Shown piece by piece: positions 33,260-42,300 of a stretch of 64,000 bases of DNA. A model generated the notes under the pieces. The model was not told the origin of the DNA and did no database searches. It was given only the letters and a program-made list of their open reading frames with translations. This stretch comes from an archaeon. GTDB lineage: Archaea; Nanobdellota; Nanobdellia; Pacearchaeales; GW2011-AR1. Each line of letters starts with the position of its first letter. Position 1 is the first letter of the stretch. The position numbers and the translations under genes were made by a program. The stretch is from the NCBI GenBank assembly GCA_018651605.1, contig JABIDS010000013.1:64717-128716 (forward strand), written 5' to 3'.

Positions 33260-33964
33260 ATGGATTATGGAAGAGAAATCGCTAGGGCGGGATTGGAAAT
33301 TGGAGCTATTAAGTTAAATCCTGATAAACCTTTTACATGGGCTTCTGGTTTTAAGATGCCTATTTATAATGATAATAGGATGTTTCTTTTTCATCCAGAG
33401 CATAGGGAGTTGATAGTTGAAGGATTTGATAATCTTCTGTATTCTGAAAAAATGGTCTATGATTTTATTGCGGGGACTTCAACTTCTGGAATTCCTCCTG
33501 CAACTAGTTTGGCAGATGCTCTTGCTATGCCTTTGATTTATGTTCGAGATAAGCCCAAAGGTCATGGGTTGCAGAATCAAATAGAAGGGATTGATGCTGA
33601 ATCTGATTTGAGGGGAATGCATGTTGTTTTGATAGAAGATTTAATTTCTATGGGCGGAAGTTCTGCAAGAGCTGTTCAAGGGATAAGGGATGCTAAGGGT
33701 GTGTGTAATAATTGTATTTCGATTTTTAATTATGGCTTGAAAGAGGCTCGAGATGTGTTTAATGGAGAAAGGTCTTATGATGAAAAAGGAAATAAATTGA
33801 GTTCTCCTTGTAATGTAAATTCGCTTTTAACTTATGATGTTTTATTGGATGTTGCTAAAGAAAAGGGACGTATTAATGTTGGGGAGAGGGAAATGTTGGA
33901 GGAGTGGAGAGAGGATTATTTGGGGTGGGGAGAGAAACATGGGTTTCCTAGGGTTGAGAAATAG
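33260..33964 (+). CDS. pyrE: orotate phosphoribosyltransferase
   Basis: Contains LEIGAIKLNPDKPFTWASGFKMPIYNDNR, IAGTSTSGIP, YVRDKPKGHGLQNQIEG and VVLIEDLISMGGS, matching the Bacillus-type PyrE pattern. Confidence 0.9.
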   Translation: MDYGREIARAGLEIGAIKLNPDKPFTWASGFKMPIYNDNRMFLFHPEHRELIVEGFDNLLYSEKMVYDFIAGTSTSGIPPATSLADALAMPLIYVRDKPKGHGLQNQIEGIDAESDLRGMHVVLIEDLISMGGSSARAVQGIRDAKGVCNNCISIFNYGLKEARDVFNGERSYDEKGNKLSSPCNVNSLLTYDVLLDVAKEKGRINVGEREMLEEWREDYLGWGEKHGFPRVEK

Positions 33965-33965
33965 T

Positions 33966-34910
33966 CTAAACTAAATGATTATTAGAAGAGAAAATTCTTT
34001 GTTTTAATTCTTCGAGATTTACTGAATGTGTTCGATGTTTTTCTACGGCAATTCCGGCTGCGTAGTTTGAGATGATTGCTGATTCGTGTAATGTGGCTTT
34101 TGATGAGAGTGCTAAGGCTAGGGCTGCTATGACGCTGTCTCCTGCTCCTGAGACATCGTAGACTTCTTTTGCATATGTTGGGATTTCAATTATTTCATCT
34201 GAGAAAAGTTTCATTCCTTTGCTTCCTCTTGTTATGAGGATGTTTGAGTTGAATTCTTGTTTTAATTTTATTCCTGCTTGGTGTATGTCTTCGTGGTTTG
34301 CCATTTCTAATGCTTCTTTTTCATTTGGTTTGATTAGGTAGAGGTTTTTGTAAAGATGTTTGTTTTTGGGTTTAAGATCTGCAATTATTTTGTGTTTGTG
34401 ATTGTGAAGGGAGTTTATTAGGTCTTGAGTTATTGTACCTTTTGAATAATCTGAAATAATTATTTTGTCTGCTTGTTCTGCTTTTTCAATAAGGATGTTT
34501 TTTGTTTCTTGGTTGAATGTTTTGTTTTGTGTTTCTTCTTTGTCAAGTCTTAGTCCGATTTGTTGTTGGTTTGCGATTATTCTTGATTTGCATGTTGTTA
34601 TTTTAGCAGGATTGAGAAAATGATTTATATTTTTTTCTTGAAGAAGTTTTTTAAGTGTTAGTGCTTCTTGGTCTTGTCCTGCGAATGCAAATATTGTTGC
34701 TTCGCCTCCTAGTAATGTGATGTTTGATGCAACGTTTCCTGCGCCTCCTATTTCGTGTTTTTCTTTAATGAGGTTTACGACAGGAATGGGGGCTTCTGGA
34801 CTTATTCTTGAAACTTCTCCGTAGAAATATCTATCGAGCATTATGTCTCCGATAACTAGAATTTTTTTGTTTTGAAAGTTAGTTAGTATCTCTTTTAATC
34901 TTTGATTCAT
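33966..34910 (-). CDS. pfkB-family sugar kinase, RfaE/HldE domain I-like (heptose-7-phosphate kinase-like)
   Basis: Contains KILVIGDIMLDRYFYGEVSRISPEAPIPVV, GGAGNVA and GAGDSVIAAL. Confidence 0.7.
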   Translation of the reverse strand: MNQRLKEILTNFQNKKILVIGDIMLDRYFYGEVSRISPEAPIPVVNLIKEKHEIGGAGNVASNITLLGGEATIFAFAGQDQEALTLKKLLQEKNINHFLNPAKITTCKSRIIANQQQIGLRLDKEETQNKTFNQETKNILIEKAEQADKIIISDYSKGTITQDLINSLHNHKHKIIADLKPKNKHLYKNLYLIKPNEKEALEMANHEDIHQAGIKLKQEFNSNILITRGSKGMKLFSDEIIEIPTYAKEVYDVSGAGDSVIAALALALSSKATLHESAIISNYAAGIAVEKHRTHSVNLEELKQRIFSSNNHLV

Positions 34911-34990
34911 TGTTGTAAGTGTTTTGGGTTGTATAAAAGGGTTATGGAGGTTGGGGAGTGGTGGGGTGTTGAAAGGGTTATGGAGTTGGG

Positions 34991-35130
34991 ATTTACGTGA
35001 GCTTTGCTCACGCTTATTTTATATCGCTTTCGCGCCCGACTTTGTCATGAAAGGTTCGTCAGATTCTCTGACGAAAGCGCCGCCGCTTCGCTATTAATAT
35101 TGAAATCTTGTAAATTTTAGAAGTTATGTT
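34991..35130 (+). repeat. intergenic GC-hairpin/tail repeat, copy D (composite)
   Basis: The 5' module is ATTTACGTGAGCTTTGCTCACGCTTATTTTAT, with a perfect CGTGAGC-TTT-GCTCACG hairpin. A GC-rich core follows, then ATTGAAATCTTGTAAATTTTAGAAGTTATGTTTGAGGG. It lies between two minus-strand genes. Confidence 0.8.
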
Positions 35131-35184
35131 TGAGGGATTGGTTTGTTATGAGAATTTTATTTTTTCAAATGGGTTTTCTTTTCT

Positions 35185-35466
35185 CTAAAATTTTCCTTGA
35201 TATCCCATTACAAGTTCCCTATTTGTAACAAAATCAAAAAATGAAGGATCTGTTTTAGGATTATAGGGTTTTCCTATTTTTCTATATGCTGTTTCTCCTT
35301 CTTCTTGAGTAATTGTACCATCTCTATTTAAATCTATAACTGTTTTTGTAGAAATATATTGTCCACCTTCTATGATTAATGGAGATACACCTAATGTTAC
35401 TAATGAAGAAATAAATAGGTTTTTAAGTAATCCTGATTTTTTATGTGAAGAATCTTTAGTTTCCAT
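35185..35466 (-). CDS. small membrane-anchored protein with an EF-hand-like loop
   Basis: DLNRDGTITQEE fits the DxNxDGxIxxxE calcium-loop pattern. Has an N-terminal TM segment. Confidence 0.5.
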   Translation of the reverse strand: METKDSSHKKSGLLKNLFISSLVTLGVSPLIIEGGQYISTKTVIDLNRDGTITQEEGETAYRKIGKPYNPKTDPSFFDFVTNRELVMGYQGKF

Positions 35467-35524
35467 TTGATTAGTGAAGCGATTAAAGTTTATATAATTT
35501 ATGGTTTTTTATTTGTATGTTTAG

Positions 35525-35902
35525 TTATTTCTTTTTTCTATTAATGTAGAGATAGATTGCAGGGAGAATTCCTGCGGTGTTTAGGATTAGGATTATTATG
35601 AACCATGTTTTGTGGTTTTTGTGTGTTGCTTTCCATAATGCGAATCCTTTTAGAATTGTGTCTATTATGAGTATTAGTAAAAGTATTGGTAGTGTTCCTG
35701 AGAATAGGTTGTTGATGTTGGATAGTCTATTGTCATAACATGTTGGGCTGATATCTAGTTTTTTTGTTGTAGGTTCTTGATCGGGAGGGGTTGTTGAAGG
35801 TATTGCTAGAATTGTTGGGAGGATTAGTAGGAGTAGAATTGTTAGGAGGATTGTTTTTTTCATTTTTATTATTATGTAGAAAGAGTTTATAAAATTATTC
35901 AA
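35525..35902 (-). CDS. membrane protein, hypothetical
   Basis: ORF track. Has a signal/TM segment plus two C-terminal TM segments (GFALWKATHKNHKTWFIIILILNTAGILPAIYLY). Confidence 0.55.
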   Translation of the reverse strand: MNNFINSFYIIIKMKKTILLTILLLLILPTILAIPSTTPPDQEPTTKKLDISPTCYDNRLSNINNLFSGTLPILLLILIIDTILKGFALWKATHKNHKTWFIIILILNTAGILPAIYLYINRKKK

Positions 35903-36182
35903 ATAACGTTCTCCACCATGGCTTTTTTTTAAGAGGCATTGTTGTAATGGTTTCAGTGTTATCTTCTGTGATTACTTTATAGGTTATTTGTGGTTTTTCT
36001 TTTATTGGAGGGATTTTTTCTGCTATACTTTTGTTTGCTAATTCTATTGCTTTTTCTACAGAAATTCTTGAATATCCTTGACTCATTAATGAGAATTTTA
36101 ATGAATCTGAAGTGTATCCTTTATCTAGGTTTTTTTCTATGTAATCTGCTAGTTGTTGTGTTGGGCTTTGTGGTTTATACAT
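35895..36182 (-). CDS. hypothetical protein
   Basis: ORF track. Overlaps the downstream gene by 8 nt. Confidence 0.5.
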   Translation of the reverse strand: MYKPQSPTQQLADYIEKNLDKGYTSDSLKFSLMSQGYSRISVEKAIELANKSIAEKIPPIKEKPQITYKVITEDNTETITTMPLKKKPWWRTLFE

Positions 36183-36325
36183 GTATGTAGGAGTGAGAGA
36201 GTGTTTAAAAAATATATGGGAGTGTTATATATATTTTTTAAATCTTCAAAATCCTTGATGGATTTTTAACATCCAATATCTTTTTATACTTTTATTTCCT
36301 AGTTTTATTGAAAAAGGTGAATCAA

Positions 36326-38065
36326 ATGTTAATGTTTAATTTTATTCAGAACTTTGTGACGACTGCGCCGCCGCATCTTGTTACATTGATAGAGATTGGT
36401 TTGATAATTATTATTGCGTCGTTTTTTGCTTTTTTGATTCGAATGTTTCGGCAACCTTTGATTCCAGCGTATATTTTTACAGGTATTTTGATTGGGCCTT
36501 TGTTTTTTAATTTAATTGGAGATGCTCATTTGATTGGTTCGCTTTCTGAAATTGGTGTTGCGTTTTTGATATTTACTGCAGGGTTGGAGATTAAGTTTAG
36601 GAAGTTGAAAGAGGTTGGAAAAGTTGCGACGGTTACAGGGGTTTTGCAAATGATTCTTTTGTTTGGATTGGGGTTTTTTGTTGCTAAGTTGTTAGGTTTT
36701 AGTGGGATTGCTTTGGCATATATTGGAATTGTTGTTGCGTTTAGTAGTACGATGATTGTTTTGACTTTGTTGGCTGAGAAGAAGGAAATTAATAGTTTAC
36801 ATGGTAGAATTGTTATTGGTATTTTGTTGATTCAGGATATTGCTGCGATAATTGTTTTGGCTGTTTTGTCTAGTGATTTGTCTTTTAATAGTATTTTAAT
36901 TGTTTTGGCTAAAGCTCTTGCTTTTGCGGTTTTTGCTTTTGTTTTGTCTAAGCTTATTAATCCTGTTTTTAAAAATGCTGCAAAGAGTTCTGAGATGTTG
37001 CTTTTGGTTTCTGTATCGTTGTTATTTTTGTTTATCTTTGGTTCTTTTGTTAGTGGGTTATCTTTGATTATTGGTGCTTTTTTTGCTGGTGTTACTTTGG
37101 CTAATTCAGATTATAAGACAGAGATTCAGTGGAAGATTACGCCTTTGAGAGAATTTTTTGCGATTATATTTTTTGTTGCTTTGGGTATGCAATTAATGGT
37201 TATACCTAAGGAGTTTTTGATTTTGTTATTGGTTTTATTGGTTCTTGTTGTGGCTGTTAAACCTTTGGTGATTATGTTTATTGTTAGGTTGATGGGTTAT
37301 AAAAAGCGTACTTCATTTTTGACTGGGAATTCTTTAGCTCAGACTAGTGAGTTTTCTTTAGTGATTTTGGCAATAGGTTTTGGTTTGGGACATATTAATC
37401 AAGGATTATTTAGTAGTTTGGTTTTGCTTACAATTTTGACAATGTCTTTGACAACTTATTTTATATCTTATGAAAAGAAATTAACTAATTGGTTTGATTG
37501 GCCTTTGAATTTTTTGAATAAGGTTCATTCAAGAAAAGAAGAGTTGGAATATGATGATAATGAGGAGAATCGAATTATTATTTTTGGGTGTCATAGGGCT
37601 GGAAGTTTGTTATTAAAGGATTTTGAAAAACAGAAAGAGAATTTGTTTGTTGTGGATTATAATCCAGAGATTATTAGATCTTTAATTGAAAAAAAGATTC
37701 CTTGTATTTATGGAGATTTTATGAATGCGGAGATTTTTAAGAAAGCAGGTGTTAGTGGTGCTGAGATTGTTATTAGTACTATTCCAGATTATGAAGATAA
37801 TATTTTGCTTTTGAAAAAGATAAGGCGGGTTAATAAGAATGCTTTGATAGTGATTGTTGCTAATCGGATTCGTGAGGCGATTAGTTTGTATAAGGCTGGT
37901 GCTGATTATGTTATTATTCCTCAGATTGAGGGAGGGAAGAAAGCGTTTGAGATGGTGAGGAAGTTTAAGAAAGGTGGTGGGGTTAGTGAGGGTTCAAAGA
38001 TTATGAAGGATTTTAAGAGAGAGCAGATTAAGTATTTGAATTCTATTCATCATATATTGTATTAG
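36326..38065 (+). CDS. cation:proton antiporter (CPA2/Kef-type) with a C-terminal RCK/TrkA-N domain
   Basis: About 12 TM segments (FRQPLIPAYIFTGILIGP...) followed by IIIFGCHRAGSLL, a Rossmann-like GxxxxG. The ORF track start is TTG 36308; ATG 36326 is an alternative. Confidence 0.8.
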   Translation: MLMFNFIQNFVTTAPPHLVTLIEIGLIIIIASFFAFLIRMFRQPLIPAYIFTGILIGPLFFNLIGDAHLIGSLSEIGVAFLIFTAGLEIKFRKLKEVGKVATVTGVLQMILLFGLGFFVAKLLGFSGIALAYIGIVVAFSSTMIVLTLLAEKKEINSLHGRIVIGILLIQDIAAIIVLAVLSSDLSFNSILIVLAKALAFAVFAFVLSKLINPVFKNAAKSSEMLLLVSVSLLFLFIFGSFVSGLSLIIGAFFAGVTLANSDYKTEIQWKITPLREFFAIIFFVALGMQLMVIPKEFLILLLVLLVLVVAVKPLVIMFIVRLMGYKKRTSFLTGNSLAQTSEFSLVILAIGFGLGHINQGLFSSLVLLTILTMSLTTYFISYEKKLTNWFDWPLNFLNKVHSRKEELEYDDNEENRIIIFGCHRAGSLLLKDFEKQKENLFVVDYNPEIIRSLIEKKIPCIYGDFMNAEIFKKAGVSGAEIVISTIPDYEDNILLLKKIRRVNKNALIVIVANRIREAISLYKAGADYVIIPQIEGGKKAFEMVRKFKKGGGVSEGSKIMKDFKREQIKYLNSIHHILY

Positions 38066-38074
38066 AATGTGAGA

Positions 38075-38278
38075 TTATTTTTCTTCACTTTTAATAAATT
38101 CTGTATAGTGGCATTTTCCGCAGTAAAGTCTATTTTTAGTTTTCATTAAGAAAACTCCTGGACCGCATCTTGGACATGATTTTTCTCTTGTTATTGTGTC
38201 TCCATCAATTTTGTACTTTGTATACTTCTTTGAAGTAGGTTTGTTTTTCTTTTGTTTTTTTCCTTTTGCGTCTGCCAT
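38075..38278 (-). CDS. rps27ae: ribosomal protein eS31 (S27ae)
   Basis: Contains CPRCGPGVFLMKTKNRLYCGKCHYTEF, a zinc ribbon, after a K-rich N-terminus. Confidence 0.9.
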   Translation of the reverse strand: MADAKGKKQKKNKPTSKKYTKYKIDGDTITREKSCPRCGPGVFLMKTKNRLYCGKCHYTEFIKSEEK

Positions 38279-38332
38279 TTTTGTATAGAATTAATTGATT
38301 TGAAAGGTATTTAAAGCTGTTGTTTTGTAGAA

Positions 38333-38482
38333 TTATGTTTGGACTGTTAGATAGATGTTTGAGAGAATTACTAGGGCTGCTGTGATGCCGAATATCCATG
38401 CTAGTTTGATTAGGAATTTTTTTCTTTGGATGATGTATTGTTCTATTTGTTGGATTTCTGATTTTGGTTTGGATTGTTTCAT
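38333..38482 (-). CDS. 49-aa single-TM protein, hypothetical
   Basis: Hand translation: MKQSKPKSEIQQIEQYIIQRKKFLIKLAWIFGITAALVILSNIYLTVQT. A CTTATAAAC box lies 21-30 nt upstream on the minus strand. It is below the ORF-track cutoff. Confidence 0.35.
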   Translation of the reverse strand: MKQSKPKSEIQQIEQYIIQRKKFLIKLAWIFGITAALVILSNIYLTVQT

Positions 38483-38525
38483 GTATTTATTAGGTGATTG
38501 GAGTTTATAAGTTTTTTTGAATTTT

Positions 38526-38625
38526 CACCACCTGCGAAAAGCCGTCTGTCGACTTTCCCTTTTCGCCCCGTGCAGTTTTGAAAAGTTGTTAGAGAATTAT
38601 TTTATGAAGATGAGTAGATTGGTTG
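38526..38625 (+). repeat. CCACC-box hairpin plus tail repeat, copy H
   Basis: CCACCACCT, then stem GCGAAAAG (38534-38541) / CTTTTCGC (38559-38566), then GCAGTTTTGAAAAGTTG...ATGAAGATGAGTAG. It lies between two minus-strand genes. Confidence 0.75.
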
Positions 38626-38645
38626 TTATGAGTAATTAGAATTAA

Positions 38646-39167
38646 TTAATTTTCTTTAGCTTCTTCGGCTTTTTGAATTTCTTCTTTTGCTTCTTTCTTT
38701 TCTTCTTCTGGTTTGTCTTCTACAGGAGTTTCATCTTTAGTTGGTTCTTCTGCAGGTTTTGGTTCGTCTTTTGTTTCTTCAGCTTGAGGTTGTTCTTCTG
38801 TTTTTTCATCTGTTGGTTTGTCTTCAGTTTTCTCTTCAGCAGGTGCATCTTCCTTAGGTTTATCAGCTTCTGCTTTAGCTTCTTTTTCTGCATTGACTTC
38901 TTCTGTTCTTTGTTTTTTTGTTTTAGATAAATTCTTTATTGATTCTAAATCTTCTTTTGTTTCGTAGATGTTGGCGTCTATGTGGAAAACATCTTTTCCG
39001 AATCCGCCTTTGATGTTTTTTATTTGGATTGTTTCTTCTGGTTTGTTTAATTCTGCTGCGATTAATTTTTTAACATCTTCAAAGCTTGGGTTTTTTTCAC
39101 TTTCTAGTTCTCCAGATATTTCTTGTCTTTTGAATAGGTTGTTTTGAAAGTCTTTTTTAATTTCCAT
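38646..39167 (-). CDS. rps24e: ribosomal protein eS24 (S24e) with a ~75-aa acidic/Lys-rich C-terminal extension
   Basis: The first ~95 aa (MEIKKDFQNNLFKRQEISGELESEKNPSFEDVKKLIAAELNKPEETIQIKNIKGGFGKDVFHIDANIYETKEDL) match S24e. The remainder is an E/K/P/T-rich low-complexity tail. Confidence 0.85.
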   Translation of the reverse strand: MEIKKDFQNNLFKRQEISGELESEKNPSFEDVKKLIAAELNKPEETIQIKNIKGGFGKDVFHIDANIYETKEDLESIKNLSKTKKQRTEEVNAEKEAKAEADKPKEDAPAEEKTEDKPTDEKTEEQPQAEETKDEPKPAEEPTKDETPVEDKPEEEKKEAKEEIQKAEEAKEN

Positions 39168-39178
39168 TTTATTTAGAA

Positions 39179-39364
39179 TTATATTTTTATGGCGTAGATG
39201 CCTTTTTTGTTTATTTTTAGTTCTTTAGCTAATGTTGATTTTTCAGGATTAACTATTTCAACTTTTCCTTTAAATGTTTCTGATGTTTCTTTTTTTGCGC
39301 AGATTGGACATTCGTTTCCTTCATATATTCTCTTGCAATTTTTACATGCTTTTTCTTTTGGCAT
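39179..39364 (-). CDS. spt4: transcription elongation factor Spt4 (RpoE'')
   Basis: 61 aa with CKNC...CPIC (zinc ribbon), in the conserved position between rpo7 and S24e. Confidence 0.85.
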   Translation of the reverse strand: MPKEKACKNCKRIYEGNECPICAKKETSETFKGKVEIVNPEKSTLAKELKINKKGIYAIKI

Positions 39365-39365
39365 T

Positions 39366-39953
39366 TTATTTTTTAGCCTCCTTAATTTCTTTTTCTAATT
39401 TTTTAGCTGAGACTTTTGATTTCTTTTTTTCTTCTGCAATCCAATCTAATTTTCCTAAACCTGGTTGTCTCATTGTTAGTCCGATTTTAAGTGAATCTCC
39501 TTTGTAAGATAATGCTACTATTCTTGCAATGCATGGGTCTTTCTTTTTTAGTATTTTCTTTGAATCTTTACCTAATAATGTGTTTGTTGTTGAGAAGCTT
39601 ACATAGTCGTCCATTGTTTGGCTGATGTGTATCATTCCTTTCATTACTCCTAGGTTCATGAATGCTCCGAAGTTTGTTATTTCTTCTACAAGTCCGAATA
39701 CTAGTTCTTGTAGTTCTGGTTTCCAGACAAGTAATTTGAATTTAGAATTGTAGTATGCTGCTCCGTCTCCTGGGATGATTACACCGTCGCCAACTTCTAG
39801 GACTGAGATAATTCCTATGACTTCTCCGATTTCCTTATCATGGTAGCTTTTGTAGATTTCTTGAAGTTGTTTTGCAACAGCATCGCTAGTTTCAAGTCCG
39901 AATAACTTGGGTTCTACTCTTACATAATCTTCGACTTTAACTATATAGAACAT
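39366..39953 (-). CDS. rpo7: DNA-directed RNA polymerase subunit Rpo7 (E')
   Basis: MFYIVKVEDYVRVEPKLFG...GAFMNLGVMKGMIHISQTMDDYVSF...GLTMRQPGLGKLDWI matches archaeal RpoE' including its S1 domain. Confidence 0.9.
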   Translation of the reverse strand: MFYIVKVEDYVRVEPKLFGLETSDAVAKQLQEIYKSYHDKEIGEVIGIISVLEVGDGVIIPGDGAAYYNSKFKLLVWKPELQELVFGLVEEITNFGAFMNLGVMKGMIHISQTMDDYVSFSTTNTLLGKDSKKILKKKDPCIARIVALSYKGDSLKIGLTMRQPGLGKLDWIAEEKKKSKVSAKKLEKEIKEAKK

Positions 39954-40111
39954 GTTAAAATTAATAAAAATTGAAGGTTTTTAAGGCTTTCTATTGAAAA
40001 GCCTTAAACTCATTCAAGATTTTTTTTGTAAATCTTTTAGATTTAAAGGCTTTCGGATTTTTGTGATTTGATTTTTAGGGTTTTTTTTGTAAATCTTTTA
40101 GATTTAAAGGC

Positions 40112-40498
40112 TTATTTAGTTAACATCAACTTTTTCCCTCTGTTGATTAGAATAACTCTTCCTAAAATTTGTCTCATTTCTCTGTCAAGTGTTGCTGTGA
40201 TGTTTTTTTTGTTTTCTTGTGAGAGATTGATGATTGATTTGTCAACTGTTTCTCCCCCTGGGTTTACTTTTTTTATTTTATTTGTTTTTAGGATTTGAAT
40301 TGCTAAATCTGAGGCGGTTTTGTCTTTCTCTTTTTTAGTTTTTATTTTTAGTCTTTCTAATTCTTCTATGACTTTTTCTGGGACTACTAGTTCATAGTCT
40401 TCATTTATTAGTTTGCTTATTTCTTCTACATAGTCTAGTTTTTCTTTTGCACAGTAGATTAGGAAATTTGTGTCTAGTATTATTTTTGTATCTTTCAT
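40112..40498 (-). CDS. PIN-domain protein, Fcf1/Utp24-like
   Basis: Contains KIILDTNFLIYCAK and ITATLDREMRQIL. It is in the conserved position upstream of rpo7. Confidence 0.7.
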   Translation of the reverse strand: MKDTKIILDTNFLIYCAKEKLDYVEEISKLINEDYELVVPEKVIEELERLKIKTKKEKDKTASDLAIQILKTNKIKKVNPGGETVDKSIINLSQENKKNITATLDREMRQILGRVILINRGKKLMLTK

Positions 40499-40542
40499 AT
40501 TTTATTTAATGAAGGAAGATTTATATAAGTATCTTTCTTTTT

Positions 40543-41121
40543 GTGGTTGGTGAGATGATGCAAGAAAAAGAGCATGTTTTGAAAGTTTTGGAAGAAGTTA
40601 AGAAGGCTTTGAATGAGAAGGATTATTTGGAGATTAAGATTTTGAGTGATAAGATTATTCATATTTCTTCTGTTCATCAGGATTCGGATATTATTTCTTT
40701 GTCTGTTATTATTTATGCGCTTAGTAAGATTCTTGAGAGAAGGAATTATAAGGAAGAGAAAAATTGGGCGAAGTTTTTTAAGAGGTTTGTGAATAATATT
40801 GATGATATGATTTTGGCCTTGAAGAAGAATGATTTTGGAGTGTTTCATGATGAGATTGAGGAGAATAGGAAATTGATTCAGGGGCTTTCTGGAAATTTGA
40901 AGGGTTTTATTAAGGATGTTTTTAGGAGGGCGAGGGTGAATAAGGCTTCTAGGATTTATGAACATGGAATTTCTATGGAAAAGACTGCGAAGATTTTAGG
41001 GATTAGTTTGTGGGAGTTGAGTGAGTATGCTGGGAAAACTGGAATTGGAAATGTTAATTTGGCTGTCACTGTGCCTATTCGTCAGAGAATTAAATTTGCA
41101 GAGGAGATTTTTGAAAGATGA
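40543..41121 (+). CDS. hypothetical protein with a C-terminal helix-turn-helix
   Basis: ISMEKTAKILGISLWELSEYAGKTG is an HTH-like segment. Its stop overlaps the start of the GNAT gene (ATGA). Confidence 0.55.
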   Translation: MVGEMMQEKEHVLKVLEEVKKALNEKDYLEIKILSDKIIHISSVHQDSDIISLSVIIYALSKILERRNYKEEKNWAKFFKRFVNNIDDMILALKKNDFGVFHDEIEENRKLIQGLSGNLKGFIKDVFRRARVNKASRIYEHGISMEKTAKILGISLWELSEYAGKTGIGNVNLAVTVPIRQRIKFAEEIFER

Positions 41122-41552
41122 AAGGAAAAATAAGAAGTGCAATGAGAAAGGATGTTGAAATAATAACTGAGTTGTTTAATAGTGAGCCTGATGTCCTTTT
41201 AGGGGATGGTGAAACTAAATATTCTGAAGATGATATTGAAAGTTATCTTAATAATCGGTTGAATAAAAGTTTTGTTTGTGAAGTGGATGAGGATGTTGTA
41301 GGAGTTTTGCTTGCACAGTTTTGGAAGAATTATGTTTATCTTCATACAATTGTTGTTGATGCAGAGTTTAGGGAGAAAGGTGTTGGAAGCATACTTATGA
41401 ATGCTATGGAAAAATTAGCAAAGGAAGAAAAGAAGTATGTGATAGAGTTATTTAGCGAGATTGGAAATAAGTCTATGCAGAGTTTTGTTAAAAAAAGAAA
41501 TTATGAAAAAGGAGGGAAGTTTGTTTTTTATTCTAAGAAAATAAGATTTTAA
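41118..41552 (+). CDS. GNAT-family N-acetyltransferase
   Basis: Contains VVDAEFREKGVGSILMNAM (the acetyl-CoA-binding R/Q-x-x-G-x-G/A motif). 144 aa. Confidence 0.75.
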   Translation: MKGKIRSAMRKDVEIITELFNSEPDVLLGDGETKYSEDDIESYLNNRLNKSFVCEVDEDVVGVLLAQFWKNYVYLHTIVVDAEFREKGVGSILMNAMEKLAKEEKKYVIELFSEIGNKSMQSFVKKRNYEKGGKFVFYSKKIRF

Positions 41553-41553
41553 T

Positions 41554-42231
41554 ATGACCAAGAGTTTGATTTTTGATGCGGGACCGATAATAAATTTTGC
41601 AATGAATGGAATGTTGTATGTTCTTGAGGATTTGCATAAGGAGTTTAAGGGGGATTTTTTGATAACTAAGGAGGTGAAGAAAGAAATTATTGATAGGCCT
41701 TTGGAGATTAGTAGATTTGAGTTGCAGGCTTTTCAGATAAAGGAACTTTTTAATAAGGGTGTGATTAAATATGCAGATATTAGTCCTGGGCAGGTTGAGG
41801 AATTGAAAAAAGTTCGGGACGAGTTTACCCGGATTGCTAATAGTACTTTTAAGACTAAGAAGAAATATGTTCATTTGATTGATAAAGGAGAGGCTGCTGC
41901 TTTGGCTTTGTCTTCGATACTTCCTGATAATCCTCCGTTGGTTGTTGATGAAAGGACGACTAGGATGCTTTGTGAAAATCCTATTAATTTAAAGAAGTTG
42001 CTTGAGAAAAAAATGCATACTTCTGTTAAGGCTCATGCTGAGAATTATTCAAGGTTTGATAAGTTTAAGATTATTCGTTCTACTGAGTTGGTTTATCTTG
42101 CGTATAAAAAAGGATTGTTTAAAATTAAGGATCCTAGGATTTTAGAGGCTGCGTTGTATGGAGTTAAGTTTAAAGGTTGTTCTGTTAGTGAGAAGGAAGT
42201 TAGGGATGTGATTGGGTGGGAGAAGAAGTAA
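41554..42231 (+). CDS. PIN-like nucleic-acid-binding protein
   Basis: Contains LIFDAGPIINF, DKGEAAALAL and VVDERTTR, the acidic residues spaced as in PIN/DUF3368-type proteins. It starts 2 nt after the GNAT stop. Confidence 0.5.
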   Translation: MTKSLIFDAGPIINFAMNGMLYVLEDLHKEFKGDFLITKEVKKEIIDRPLEISRFELQAFQIKELFNKGVIKYADISPGQVEELKKVRDEFTRIANSTFKTKKKYVHLIDKGEAAALALSSILPDNPPLVVDERTTRMLCENPINLKKLLEKKMHTSVKAHAENYSRFDKFKIIRSTELVYLAYKKGLFKIKDPRILEAALYGVKFKGCSVSEKEVRDVIGWEKK

Positions 42232-42300
42232 TTTTCTTAGAAATTCTAAAAACTAAATGTTTTTAAAATAGGTTTTTGTGATAGTTATAGGATTATCCAT

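Noticed and set aside
38673-38930. Plus-strand 85-aa F/C/W-rich ORF.
   Set aside because: It is antisense to the acidic tail of eS24, a low-complexity artefact.
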